Part shown: piece by piece, positions 18,558-27,832 of the stretch
Position numbering within the stretch: the stretch's first letter is position 1
Layout of the letters: each line of letters starts with the position of its first letter
DNA from: an uncultured Acidobacteriota bacterium
GTDB taxonomy: Bacteria > Acidobacteriota > Vicinamibacteria > Vicinamibacterales > UBA8438
NCBI GenBank assembly: GCA_913043225.1
Contig: CAJWLU010000009.1
Span: forward strand, 64,001 to 128,000
Length of the DNA: 64,000 nucleotides
Reading direction: 5' to 3'
Translations under genes and position numbers: made by a program
Notes under the pieces: model-generated
What the model saw: only the letters and a program-made list of their open reading frames with translations
Told to the model about the DNA's origin: nothing
Database searches by the model: none

Positions 18558-19703
18558 ATGAGGATCAAGTCACTGCTTATCGCTGCCGCCGTCCTAGCCG
18601 TTATGGCCGGCGTCGCGGCTCCTGATGCCGCGGCGCAGTTCCGTGCGGCCGAGTTCGAATACGGGGAGCGGTTCGACCTGCCGGAGGGTGAGGCGGCCGA
18701 GATCTGGAACCCTGCGATGAAGAAGCTCATCGAGGGTGGCCCGATGGTGGGCGGTACCGTTCGCGCCACCGACCCGCGCACCTACTGCGCGATGGCCGCG
18801 GCCGGTTACGACTTCATCTGGGTGGAGATGCAGCACGAAGCCATCGACTGGGAGCAGGTGGCCCGGATGTGGCGCACATGCCCCGGACCGGCGGCGCCTG
18901 GTGTCCGCGTGGCCTACGCCGATGAGCGTGAGATTCAGCACGCTACAGACATGGGCGCGGCCGTGATCGTGGTGCCGACGGTAGACTCGGTCGAAGAGGC
19001 GCAGGAAGCGGTCAACTGGACCTACTTCCCGCCGATGGGGCGCCGGAGCGCCGGCGGCGGCCAGGGGCCGAGCAGCCTCTGGAATGACGTGCCTGGTGGC
19101 TACCGCCAAACCTGGAACGACAACGTCGTGCTGATCCTGATGATCGAGACTCTGGAAGGGGTCGAGGCGGCGCGCGAGATCGCCAAGATCCCGGGTGTCG
19201 ACGGGCTGTTCGCCGCGAGCGGCGACCTGGGTAACTTCTCCGGCTACGGCGAGGGCGATGCCGAGTACGACGCCATCATCACCGAGGTGGCCGAGGCGGC
19301 GCTCGAGGCCGGGATTCACGCCTGCGCGCCGCTTCGCTGGGCGGACCGGCCGCACTACACCTGCTTCCAGGCAGGTACTGAAGGCGCCAACATCCGTCGC
19401 GGTGCCGCGGCCGAGTTAGCCCAGGCCAACGACCGGTTCGGGAACAGCGGCGCCGGCGGCACCGAGCCTACCGGTTCCGGCACGGTGGCTCTGCTGGCCA
19501 ACCTGACCGCCGACTGCGGATCGATCACCTATGAGGCGGATTGCAACGCGTCGTTCGAGGCCGCGGCCACTGCGGCAGCCGGCATGAGTGCCGATGAGCA
19601 GGAGCGGGTGGTTCGCCGGTTGCGCCAGGTGCTTGGCGCCAACCCGAACCACGCCGACCGGCTGCGCGGCATCGCCCAGCGAGCCGGTCTGTCGCTCGAC
19701 TAG
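18558..19703 (+). CDS. HpcH/HpaI class II aldolase family protein with N-terminal signal peptide and C-terminal extension
   Basis: MRIKSLLIAAAVLAVMAGVAAPDAAAQ leader; GYDFIWVEMQH, VRV, PPMGRRS, MIET, GDL. Confidence 0.85.
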   Translation: MRIKSLLIAAAVLAVMAGVAAPDAAAQFRAAEFEYGERFDLPEGEAAEIWNPAMKKLIEGGPMVGGTVRATDPRTYCAMAAAGYDFIWVEMQHEAIDWEQVARMWRTCPGPAAPGVRVAYADEREIQHATDMGAAVIVVPTVDSVEEAQEAVNWTYFPPMGRRSAGGGQGPSSLWNDVPGGYRQTWNDNVVLILMIETLEGVEAAREIAKIPGVDGLFAASGDLGNFSGYGEGDAEYDAIITEVAEAALEAGIHACAPLRWADRPHYTCFQAGTEGANIRRGAAAELAQANDRFGNSGAGGTEPTGSGTVALLANLTADCGSITYEADCNASFEAAATAAAGMSADEQERVVRRLRQVLGANPNHADRLRGIAQRAGLSLD

Positions 19704-19727
19704 CGACATCCCCCGCTGTCGTTTGCA

Positions 19728-19761
19728 CGGGAGGACGGGGCACAGACACCTCGTCCTCCCG
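19728..19761. terminator. Hairpin between convergent genes
   Basis: CGGGAGGACGGGG-cacagaca-CCTCGTCCTCCCG. Confidence 0.55.
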
Positions 19762-19884
19762 CACCACATGTCATCCGCCCGGGCCGTAGTCCGCCCTCCT
19801 GCATGATCAGGATTGGGATCATCGCACCGGCGAGAACGGATAACGTCAGCAGGCGCACAAATCTGAGTTTTAGCGGCTGGAGCG

Positions 19885-20412
19885 CTACGCCCGACTGAGG
19901 TGCCGCTCGGCGAACTGCTGTACGACCTGCCGCCGCCAGAGCTGCTTGTCAACGTGTGGGCGGACGGTTTCCAGATGCGCCTGGGCCTGTTCCGGGGTTA
20001 GGCCGCGATGGGCGACCAGCCAGCACAGGGCGACGGTGGCGCTGCGTCCGCGTCCCGCTTTGCAGTGGATATAGACGGTACGCTCCTGCCGCCGGTGCGT
20101 CTCGACGAACGTCACCGCGCGTTCGATGTCTTCGAGGCAAGGTGAGGTGAAGTCGAGGGTGGGCGTCCGCAGCTGTTCGATGCGGTGCCGCTCATAGCCG
20201 GTGACGGGACCGCCATATTCGATACAGGTGTTGACCACTGCCCGTACGCCCGCTTGTGCCATGTCGTCGACTAGCCACGGGAGCGGCAGCGCGCCGAGCA
20301 ACACATGCTCGTCGATGGCGTCCCACCAGCGCCGTTCGGTAAACAGACGCTCCATTAGCAGGTTGTACACGAGGGTCGGGACGAAGAGGGCTCGGATCAG
20401 TAACTGTTTCAC
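19885..20412 (-). CDS. Dual-specificity phosphatase, PTPMT1-like (candidate phosphatidylglycerophosphatase)
   Basis: HCKAGRGRSAT P-loop; N-terminal RALFVPTL.Y and IDEHVLLGALP resemble PTPMT1. Confidence 0.85.
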   Translation of the reverse strand: MKQLLIRALFVPTLVYNLLMERLFTERRWWDAIDEHVLLGALPLPWLVDDMAQAGVRAVVNTCIEYGGPVTGYERHRIEQLRTPTLDFTSPCLEDIERAVTFVETHRRQERTVYIHCKAGRGRSATVALCWLVAHRGLTPEQAQAHLETVRPHVDKQLWRRQVVQQFAERHLSRA

Positions 20413-20494
20413 CGAGCGGGAGCATGCCGTGCGGGCCGGCGCGGGTCAAGCAAGCACGGACGGTCCCGCTTGTGCTCTGTCGTATCCTTCATCC

Positions 20495-21175
20495 GTGCCT
20501 GCCTTCGATTGCACTGTTTGCGGTGCTAGGTTCACCGTGCCTCAGGCCGCGCTGGACAAGTACGCGGGCTGGGAGCCCAGGTACTGCCGGGAACACTCGC
20601 CGCAGCGTGCGCGCGCGCTGGACAAGCCGAATACGCCGGCCCAATCAGTCGCCAAGAGTCGAGGGAGCGTGGGACGTGGCCGGTCGCTACGTGAGGCAAA
20701 CCTCACCACCAACGAGGTCCTCGACAAGTTCACCGATGGGCCCGAGACCGGCGTGTTCACCGATGGTGGGTCGGCTCCGAACCCCGGGCCTGGGGGTTGG
20801 GGGGTGGTCTGGGTCAAAGATGGCGAGATTCAGGCCGAACGTTACGGGCATGACCCAGATACGACCAATAACCGGATGGAACTCATGGCGCTGACCGAGG
20901 CCTTCAAACTCCTGCCAGAGGATGCCGAGGTCGAGGTCTTCTCCGACAGCCGCCTCTGTGTGCAGACCATTACCGAATGGGCGCCCGGGTGGGAACGCCG
21001 GGGCTGGAAGAAGAAGTCTGGGCCGATCAAGAATCTGGAACTAGTACAGCAACTGCTCCGACTCTACCGCGCTCATCCACGGTGCACGCTGAAATGGACG
21101 GCCGCCCATTCGGGCACGCGCTGGAACGAATACGCTGACAGTCTGTCTACCGCCTGGATGCGCGACAAGAAATAG
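20495..21175 (+). CDS. rnhA: Ribonuclease HI with an N-terminal zinc-ribbon-like domain
   Basis: FTDGG..PNPGPGGWG, TTNNRMEL, SDS, GWK, KNLEL, AHSG..WNEYAD. Probable GTG start at 20495 gives CTVC-x21-CREH. Confidence 0.88.
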   Translation: MPAFDCTVCGARFTVPQAALDKYAGWEPRYCREHSPQRARALDKPNTPAQSVAKSRGSVGRGRSLREANLTTNEVLDKFTDGPETGVFTDGGSAPNPGPGGWGVVWVKDGEIQAERYGHDPDTTNNRMELMALTEAFKLLPEDAEVEVFSDSRLCVQTITEWAPGWERRGWKKKSGPIKNLELVQQLLRLYRAHPRCTLKWTAAHSGTRWNEYADSLSTAWMRDKK

Positions 21176-21240
21176 AGCGCTTATCCCGGCTGCTTGATCG
21201 TAACTAGCTGAGAACGCAGTGGGTTACAATCAATCTCCGC

Positions 21241-21300
21241 TTGACTTGTGACGGACTGGTGACTAGTCTGGCACTGATTACTAGTACACCTGTGGACTAG
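21241..21300 (+). promoter_or_regulatory. Sigma70-like promoter overlapped by repeated operator-like sites
   Basis: TTGACT (21241)-17 bp-TAGTCT (21264); ACTGGTGACTAGT (21255-67) and ACTGATTACTAGT (21273-85). Confidence 0.6.
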
Positions 21301-21320
21301 CGCAAGAGACACGGCCCCGA

Positions 21321-23678
21321 ATGGCGACGTTGACCACGCGTTTCCTCGGCATCATCGGCACCAGAGGGTTGGTCTGCGCGCTGTTCCTATTGGCGCCAGG
21401 GACCCTGGCTGCCCAGGAGGGTCTTGAGGCGAGCCGGGCCGTGCTCGACCGCTACTGCGTTACTTGCCACAGCGACCGGCTGGAGACGGCAGACCTCTCG
21501 CTGGAATCGGTCGATCTGGCCGACCCGGCCGCGCATGCTGCGGTGCTCGAGGAGGTTATCCGGAAGCTCCGGACCGGCACCATGCCGCCCCCACTGCGGC
21601 CCACGCCGTCGGACGACGAGCGGGCGCAGGTCCTGCTGTGGCTTGAGTCGTCGCTCGACGCGGCCGCCGCGGCTGCCCCAAATCCAGGGCGTACCGAGAC
21701 CCTCCGACGGCTCAATCGCACCGAGTATCAGAATGCTATCCGCGACCTGCTGGCGCTGGATATCGACGCGCAGACGCTCTTGCCCGCCGACGAAGCGGGT
21801 CATGGCTTCGATAACGTCAATGTTGGCGACCTGTCTCCGGCGCTCCTCGATCGCTATATCACCGCAGCACAGCGGATCAGCCAGCTGGCCATCGGCAGCA
21901 CGCTGTCGACGATTCAGAGCGACGTAATCCGCGTGCCAGCCGACACCACGCAGGAAGAGCATGTCGAAGGGCTCCCTCTGGGCACCCGTGGCGGGCTTGC
22001 GACGATCTACACCTTCGCGCAGGATGGCGAGTACGACATCCGGATCCGCCTGGCGCGCAATCGCACTGGAAACATCGGGGGACTGCGAGGGGACGGGCTA
22101 CACACGGTGCAACTGTTGTTAGACAAGATGCCGGTGGCGACCTACACCGTGCAGCGTCCGGAGGGTGGCGACGACACCTTTGCCGACGCCCACCTCCGGT
22201 TACGCCTTCCGGTGACGGCGGGACCGCACGAGGTGGCTGCCACGTTCCTGAAAGACAGCGCGTCACTGATAGAGACCGAGCGACAGCCGCTCCTTTCCCA
22301 TTTCAACGAGCAGCGACACCCCCGCCTCACGCCGGCTATCTACCAGGTCACCATCACCGGGCCGCATGACGCGCAAGGTGTGAGCGACACGCCCAGCCGG
22401 GCCCGCATCTTCAGCTGTCAGCCGTCGAGCACCGCAGACGAGGAGCCCTGTGCCCGTGGGATCCTTAGTACGCTCATGCGCCGTGCCTACCGGCGGCCGG
22501 TTGCGGCCGATGAGTTGGACGGCCCTCTGGAGTTCTTCCGTGAGGGGCGTGCTGTTGGAGACTTCGAGGCGGGCATCGGTCGAGCTCTCACTTCCATCTT
22601 GGTGAACCCTCAATTCCTCTTCCGGGTCGAGCGCGATGCGGAGAGTGATGGGCCGTATCGAATTGAAGACCTGGAGCTCGCGTCGCGGCTGTCGTTCTTC
22701 CTCTGGAGCAGCATTCCCGACGACGAGTTGCTTGACGCGGCGATCGCGGGGCGGTTAAGCGACCCGGCCGAGCTCGAGCGGCAGGCCCAGCGGATGCTGG
22801 CCGACCCGCGGTCAGACAATCTGGCCAGCAACTTCGGCGGTCAGTGGCTGATGCTGCGGAACCTCGAGGCCGTCAGTCCGAACCCTCGCTTGTATCCGGA
22901 CTTTGACGACAACTTGCGTCAGGCGTTCCGCCAGGAAACGGAACTGTTCTTCGACAGCATCCTTCGTGAAAACCGGAGCGTGCTCGATCTGCTGAGCGCC
23001 GACTATACCTACTTGAACCAGCGGCTGGCCAAGCACTATGGCATTGCCGGGGTCTACGGCAGCCGGTTCCGGCGGGTCGATTTGGAACCGGGCAGCCGGC
23101 GCGGCGGGCTGCTGCGCCAAGGCAGTATCCTGTCGGTGACCAGCTACGCCACGCGGACCTCCCCAGTGATTCGCGGGGTGTGGGTGCTCGACAACGTCTA
23201 CGGTGCGCCGCCGCCGCCACCGCCGGCGAACGTGCCGGTGCTCGAAGAGAATTCGGTGCAGGCCGGACTTCCGATGCGCGAGCGGCTGGCCGAGCACCGG
23301 AACAACCCGGCGTGCGCCAGCTGTCACAACACCATAGATCCGGTCGGGTTCTCGCTCGAGAACTATGACGCGGTGGGACGGTGGCGTGACCACAGTGGCG
23401 ACATCAATCAGATGGACACCTCCGGCGGGTTGCCCGGCGTTGGTGAGTTTGACGGGGTGGACGGATTGGAAGCTGGGCTGTTGAGTCGTCCCGAGCTGTT
23501 TGCCGGCCGGGTCACCGAGAAGCTGCTGACCTTCGCCCTCGGCCGCGGTGTTGAGTACTACGACGGGCCGGCGGTTCGGCGCATCGTGCGCGAAGCGGCG
23601 GCGGACGACTATCGCTTCTCCGCCCTGATTCTCGGCATCGTCAAGAGCGTACCGTTTCAGATGAGGAACTCGACATGA
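21321..23678 (+). CDS. DUF1592/1587/1588/1585/1595 planctomycete-type c-cytochrome protein (copy 1)
   Basis: CVTCH and CASCH; RRLNRTEYQN, LASRLSFFLWSSIPD, RTSPVIRG. Confidence 0.9.
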   Translation: MATLTTRFLGIIGTRGLVCALFLLAPGTLAAQEGLEASRAVLDRYCVTCHSDRLETADLSLESVDLADPAAHAAVLEEVIRKLRTGTMPPPLRPTPSDDERAQVLLWLESSLDAAAAAAPNPGRTETLRRLNRTEYQNAIRDLLALDIDAQTLLPADEAGHGFDNVNVGDLSPALLDRYITAAQRISQLAIGSTLSTIQSDVIRVPADTTQEEHVEGLPLGTRGGLATIYTFAQDGEYDIRIRLARNRTGNIGGLRGDGLHTVQLLLDKMPVATYTVQRPEGGDDTFADAHLRLRLPVTAGPHEVAATFLKDSASLIETERQPLLSHFNEQRHPRLTPAIYQVTITGPHDAQGVSDTPSRARIFSCQPSSTADEEPCARGILSTLMRRAYRRPVAADELDGPLEFFREGRAVGDFEAGIGRALTSILVNPQFLFRVERDAESDGPYRIEDLELASRLSFFLWSSIPDDELLDAAIAGRLSDPAELERQAQRMLADPRSDNLASNFGGQWLMLRNLEAVSPNPRLYPDFDDNLRQAFRQETELFFDSILRENRSVLDLLSADYTYLNQRLAKHYGIAGVYGSRFRRVDLEPGSRRGGLLRQGSILSVTSYATRTSPVIRGVWVLDNVYGAPPPPPPANVPVLEENSVQAGLPMRERLAEHRNNPACASCHNTIDPVGFSLENYDAVGRWRDHSGDINQMDTSGGLPGVGEFDGVDGLEAGLLSRPELFAGRVTEKLLTFALGRGVEYYDGPAVRRIVREAAADDYRFSALILGIVKSVPFQMRNST

Positions 23679-25018
23679 TCATCACCAAGAAGGCGTTAGC
23701 CCGACGGACCTTCCTGCGGGGCGCCGGTGCCACGGTAGCGCTGCCGTTGCTCGATGCGATGGTGCCGGCCATGACCGCCTTGGCCCAGATCCCGGCCACG
23801 AGTGTCCGACGCCTCGGGTTCGTGTTTGTGCCGATGGGCTGCGACCATGCCCGGTGGACGCCCAAAGGACGTGGCGCGCTCGGTCAGCTGACACCGTGCC
23901 TGAGCCCGCTCGAGCCGGTAAGAAACCAGCTAACGGTGGTGACCAATATGGAGTTGCAGAACTCCTATCCCGGGACTCACGATACCTCGAACTCTGGGTA
24001 CCTGAGCGCCGCATTTGCCAAGCATACCGAGAGCTCGGACTACTTCCTCGGGACCACGGCCGACCAGATCGCGGCGCAGAAGATTGGCGAGGACACGCAA
24101 CTGCGTTCGCTTGAGCTGTCGATGGACCTGAACCCGCTGGCCGGCGTTTGCAACAACGGCTATGCCTGCGTGTATCAGAACAGCTTGTCGTGGTCGTCGC
24201 CGACGACGCCGCTACCCTCGGAGGCGCATCCACGCGTCGTGTTCGAACGGCTTTTCGGGGAGGGTGGATCGCCCGAGAAGCGGCAGACCGCACTGGCGCG
24301 TCGCGCAAGTCTGCTCGACGCGTTCAACGACGACGTTGCCCGGTTGAAGGGTAAGGTCGGCGTGGCGGACAGGGCGCGGGTCGACAGCTACCTCGACAGC
24401 ATCCGCGAGGTGGAGCGGCAAATCGAGCTGGCCGAGGTGGGCGCCGCCAAGAACCCGATGCCGGACCTCGACCGGCCGGTCGGCGTGCCGGAGCTGTTTG
24501 CCGACCATGCCCGGTTGCTCTACGACCTGCAGATCCTGGCGTTCCAGGGGGACATCACGAGGGTGGTCAGCTTCCAGTTCACGCGCGAGCTGACCAACCG
24601 GACCTACCCCGAGATCGGGGTGCCGGATCCCCACCATCCGACGAGCCATCACGGAAATGACCCGGAGAAGGTGCTCAAGATCGCGAAGATCAATACCTTC
24701 CATGTGTCGCTCTTCTCCGAGTTCTTACAGAAGCTGCAGTCGACGCCGGAAGGGAACGGGACGCTGCTGGACAACACGGTGTATCTGTATGGCAGCGGCA
24801 TGGGGAACCCGAGCCTGCACGACCATGTGAACCTGCCGACTCTGGTTACTGGTGGCAATGCCACAGGCATCCGTGGTGGGCGTCACATCCGCTACGACGA
24901 TGGGACGCCGCTCGCCAACCTTCACCTGACCTTGCTCGACCGGGTGGGGGTCAACCTCGACCAGTTCGGCGATAGCACCGGCCGGGTCGCTGATCTGTTT
25001 GATCCGGTCGCGCTCTAG
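23675..25018 (+). CDS. DUF1552 protein, Tat-like leader (copy 1)
   Basis: ARRTFLRGAG.TVALPLLDAM; GYACVY; HHPTSHH; TLLDNT. Confidence 0.9.
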   Translation: MIITKKALARRTFLRGAGATVALPLLDAMVPAMTALAQIPATSVRRLGFVFVPMGCDHARWTPKGRGALGQLTPCLSPLEPVRNQLTVVTNMELQNSYPGTHDTSNSGYLSAAFAKHTESSDYFLGTTADQIAAQKIGEDTQLRSLELSMDLNPLAGVCNNGYACVYQNSLSWSSPTTPLPSEAHPRVVFERLFGEGGSPEKRQTALARRASLLDAFNDDVARLKGKVGVADRARVDSYLDSIREVERQIELAEVGAAKNPMPDLDRPVGVPELFADHARLLYDLQILAFQGDITRVVSFQFTRELTNRTYPEIGVPDPHHPTSHHGNDPEKVLKIAKINTFHVSLFSEFLQKLQSTPEGNGTLLDNTVYLYGSGMGNPSLHDHVNLPTLVTGGNATGIRGGRHIRYDDGTPLANLHLTLLDRVGVNLDQFGDSTGRVADLFDPVAL

Positions 25019-25045
25019 GGAACGTGTCGCACGCGGAGAGATGGG

Positions 25046-26623
25046 ATGAGAGTGAAACAGCTTGCTGGTATCGGACTGCTAACGACGTTGCTAGCTGTGC
25101 CCAGTGCTGCGGCGCTGGGTGCCCGTGCCGACGACGCGTCGCTAGCCGATGCGCTGCAGCGGGGTGACGTCACTGCGGCGCGTGGTCTGCTGGCCGATGG
25201 GGCGGAGGTGAATGTCCCGCAGGTCGATGGCATGACGGCTTTGCACTGGGCGGTGTATCACGATGATACCGGCATGGTGCAGCTGTTACTCGAGGCCGGA
25301 GGCCACGTGGAGGCGGCCAATCGCTACGGTGTGCGCCCGCTGTGGGTGGCGGTAACTAACGGCAGCAGCCCGGTGGTGACGCTGCTTCTCGACGCTGGCG
25401 CGGATCCCAATGCGACGGCTCGCGGTGGCCAGACGCTCTTGATGCATGCGGCTCGCACGGGTAGCGTGCAGGTGGTGCGGGCCCTGCTGGGGCGAGGCGC
25501 CGACCCGAACGCGGTCGAGATGCGTAGCCAGACGGCACTGATGTGGGCGGCGGCCGAGGGCCACGCCGACATCGTGCATGCGCTGCTGGAAACCGGGGCG
25601 GAGATGAATCCGCGGCTCCGGTCCGGCTTCACGCCGTTCTTCTTCGCGGTGCGCGAAGGGCACCGTGACGTGGTGCAGACCTTCCTCCAGGCGGGTGCCG
25701 ACCTGAACGAGGTGCTGGTGCGGGTCAAGGACGGTCCGGACCCCACGGTCAACAACGCGACCTACCGGCCGGTGGATGACGGCATCAGCCCGCTGATTCT
25801 CGCCATCCGGAACGGGCATTTCGAGCTGGCCGTCGATTTGGTCGAGGCTGGTGGCGACCCCAACGACGTGCGCAGTGGCTTCGGCCCGCTGCACACCATG
25901 AGTTGGGTTAGGAAGCCGGACGAGAGCGACCGGGGAGATCCAGCGCCGATCGGTTCGGGCCGCCTCAGCAGCCTCGACTTCGTGCGAACGATGGTTGATT
26001 TCGGAGCGGACGTGAATCTGCGCCTGCCAAAAGGGTCGCCCAGACAGCCGAACTCGGCGTCGCGGACGAACTCGCCTGGAGCCACTCCCTTCCTGCTGGC
26101 GTCCGATCGGGCCGATGCGGCGCTCATGGAACTGCTGCTCGAACTGGGCGCCAATCCGTTCATCCCGAACCACGATGGGACGACGCCGTTGATGGCGGCG
26201 GCCGGGTTGGGCACGGCCGCGCCGGAAGAGGAAGCGGGCACCGAGCCGGAGGCTTTCGTTGCGACCCAGTTACTGCTGGATCTCGGCGCCAACGTCGACG
26301 ACGTCAACATCGATGGCGACACCGCTATGCACGGCGCCGCCTATGGTAGTTTCCCGACCGTCGTGAACCTGCTGGCCGACCATGGGGCGGACATTCGCTT
26401 CTGGAACACCAAGAACAAGCAGGGTCGGACGCCGCTGTTCATCGCCGAGGGGCATCGGGGTGGCCTGCCGCGTCCGTCGCGCTCGACTATCGCTGCGATC
26501 ACCGCGCTGATGGACGGGGCCGGCGTTTCGATCGCGGGTGAGCGTCCCGAGATCGTCGACCAGTATTCACGTCCGTCCGAGCCGCCGAAGCCGGCCGAGA
26601 TCAAGCCGCAGACACAGCGGTAA
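25046..26623 (+). CDS. Exported ankyrin-repeat protein
   Basis: Multiple G.TALHWA/TPL.AA...GADPN repeats; signal peptide. Confidence 0.9.
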   Translation: MRVKQLAGIGLLTTLLAVPSAAALGARADDASLADALQRGDVTAARGLLADGAEVNVPQVDGMTALHWAVYHDDTGMVQLLLEAGGHVEAANRYGVRPLWVAVTNGSSPVVTLLLDAGADPNATARGGQTLLMHAARTGSVQVVRALLGRGADPNAVEMRSQTALMWAAAEGHADIVHALLETGAEMNPRLRSGFTPFFFAVREGHRDVVQTFLQAGADLNEVLVRVKDGPDPTVNNATYRPVDDGISPLILAIRNGHFELAVDLVEAGGDPNDVRSGFGPLHTMSWVRKPDESDRGDPAPIGSGRLSSLDFVRTMVDFGADVNLRLPKGSPRQPNSASRTNSPGATPFLLASDRADAALMELLLELGANPFIPNHDGTTPLMAAAGLGTAAPEEEAGTEPEAFVATQLLLDLGANVDDVNIDGDTAMHGAAYGSFPTVVNLLADHGADIRFWNTKNKQGRTPLFIAEGHRGGLPRPSRSTIAAITALMDGAGVSIAGERPEIVDQYSRPSEPPKPAEIKPQTQR

Positions 26624-26672
26624 CCGAAGACCCTCGCTCCCGAGTCGGGCGCCCTTTTCCGGCTTCGACCAC

Positions 26673-27791
26673 ATGCGCCGGTATCTCATTCCGGTCGCCG
26701 TTTCTCTCATCTTCATCGCGTCGTCTCCCTACATGGGACTGATCCGGGACGGCCTCAAAGCCGCACTCGGGGAGGCCTTCACGCAGGTGGTTGGGGCTGT
26801 CGTGGGCCTGGCGGGCGCGGCCGTCCTCGTGTGGGGGGTGCGACGTGTCCGCGAGTGCGGCCGACAGGGCGCTGGCCTGATGGCGCTGGCGGTTGCGCTG
26901 GCGGCCGCTTACGGGTTCGTGATGCGCACGGGCATCCCAGACGTGGACGCGGTCGAGCGTATCCACTTCCTGCAGTACGGTTTGGTGGCGCTGCTCTTCT
27001 ATCGCGCGACGATGCCCGCACCGTTGATGGTGGTGGTGCCAATCACTCTGCTTACTGGCACTCTCGTCGGTATCGGTGAGGAGTGGTTGCAGTGGCTCGT
27101 ACCGACCCGGGTCGGTGATGTGCGGGACGTCCTGCTCAATTTCTGGGCGTTGGGGTGTGGACTGCTGTTTGCCGTCGGCCTCGTACCTCTTGACGCCGCC
27201 GTGTCTCGGCCGATGCCATGGAGACGGCTGAGCCTGCTGGGCAGCGTCGTACTGGTGGTATTTGCAGGTTTTCTCGACAGTGCCCATCTGGGTGAATTGA
27301 ACGAAGCGCCCAGCATTGGGCGCTTCCGGTCGTTCTTCACGGTCGAAGAGCTCGAGGAGGTGTCGGCCGACCGGTTCCGCCGTTGGGCCGCGGATCCGCC
27401 GATCGACCTTGGTGGTCCGTTCTCGGTGCAGGATCACTTTCTGGTCGAAGCCGGCGCCCGGGTGCAACGGCGGAACGAAGCCTATGCCGCCGGGGCTTTC
27501 GCCGACGCGTGGCGAGAGAACGCCCTCCTCGAGGCCTACTACGCCCCGATGCTCGACTTGCGGTCGTTCGGCAGCGGAGATCCACATCGCTGGCCGGCAG
27601 CGCAGCGGGATGAGGTGGAAGCGAAAGGGGCGGGTCTGGTGTCTGGTGTGTGGGTCAGCCCCGTCTACCAAGATCGCGTCCATGTCGTGCCCACCCGTGG
27701 GCAGCTGTGGTTGGGTACCGGCGCAATCGCCGTCTTGCTGCTTGGTGCGGCCGCCTTCAAGAGGCGGGCGGCTGACGCTGGGTCAGGGTAG
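26673..27791 (+). CDS. VanZ-like membrane protein
   Basis: ERIHFLQYG, EEWLQWLVPTRVGDVRDVLLN; probable start MRRYLIP at 26673. Confidence 0.75.
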   Translation: MRRYLIPVAVSLIFIASSPYMGLIRDGLKAALGEAFTQVVGAVVGLAGAAVLVWGVRRVRECGRQGAGLMALAVALAAAYGFVMRTGIPDVDAVERIHFLQYGLVALLFYRATMPAPLMVVVPITLLTGTLVGIGEEWLQWLVPTRVGDVRDVLLNFWALGCGLLFAVGLVPLDAAVSRPMPWRRLSLLGSVVLVVFAGFLDSAHLGELNEAPSIGRFRSFFTVEELEEVSADRFRRWAADPPIDLGGPFSVQDHFLVEAGARVQRRNEAYAAGAFADAWRENALLEAYYAPMLDLRSFGSGDPHRWPAAQRDEVEAKGAGLVSGVWVSPVYQDRVHVVPTRGQLWLGTGAIAVLLLGAAAFKRRAADAGSG

Positions 27792-27832
27792 AATCCCATC
27801 ATTCACCCGCGCTGTTGCTCAGGAGCCAGTCC

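Noticed and set aside
26601..27683. 360-aa minus-strand ORF
   Set aside because: Shadow of the VanZ-like gene.
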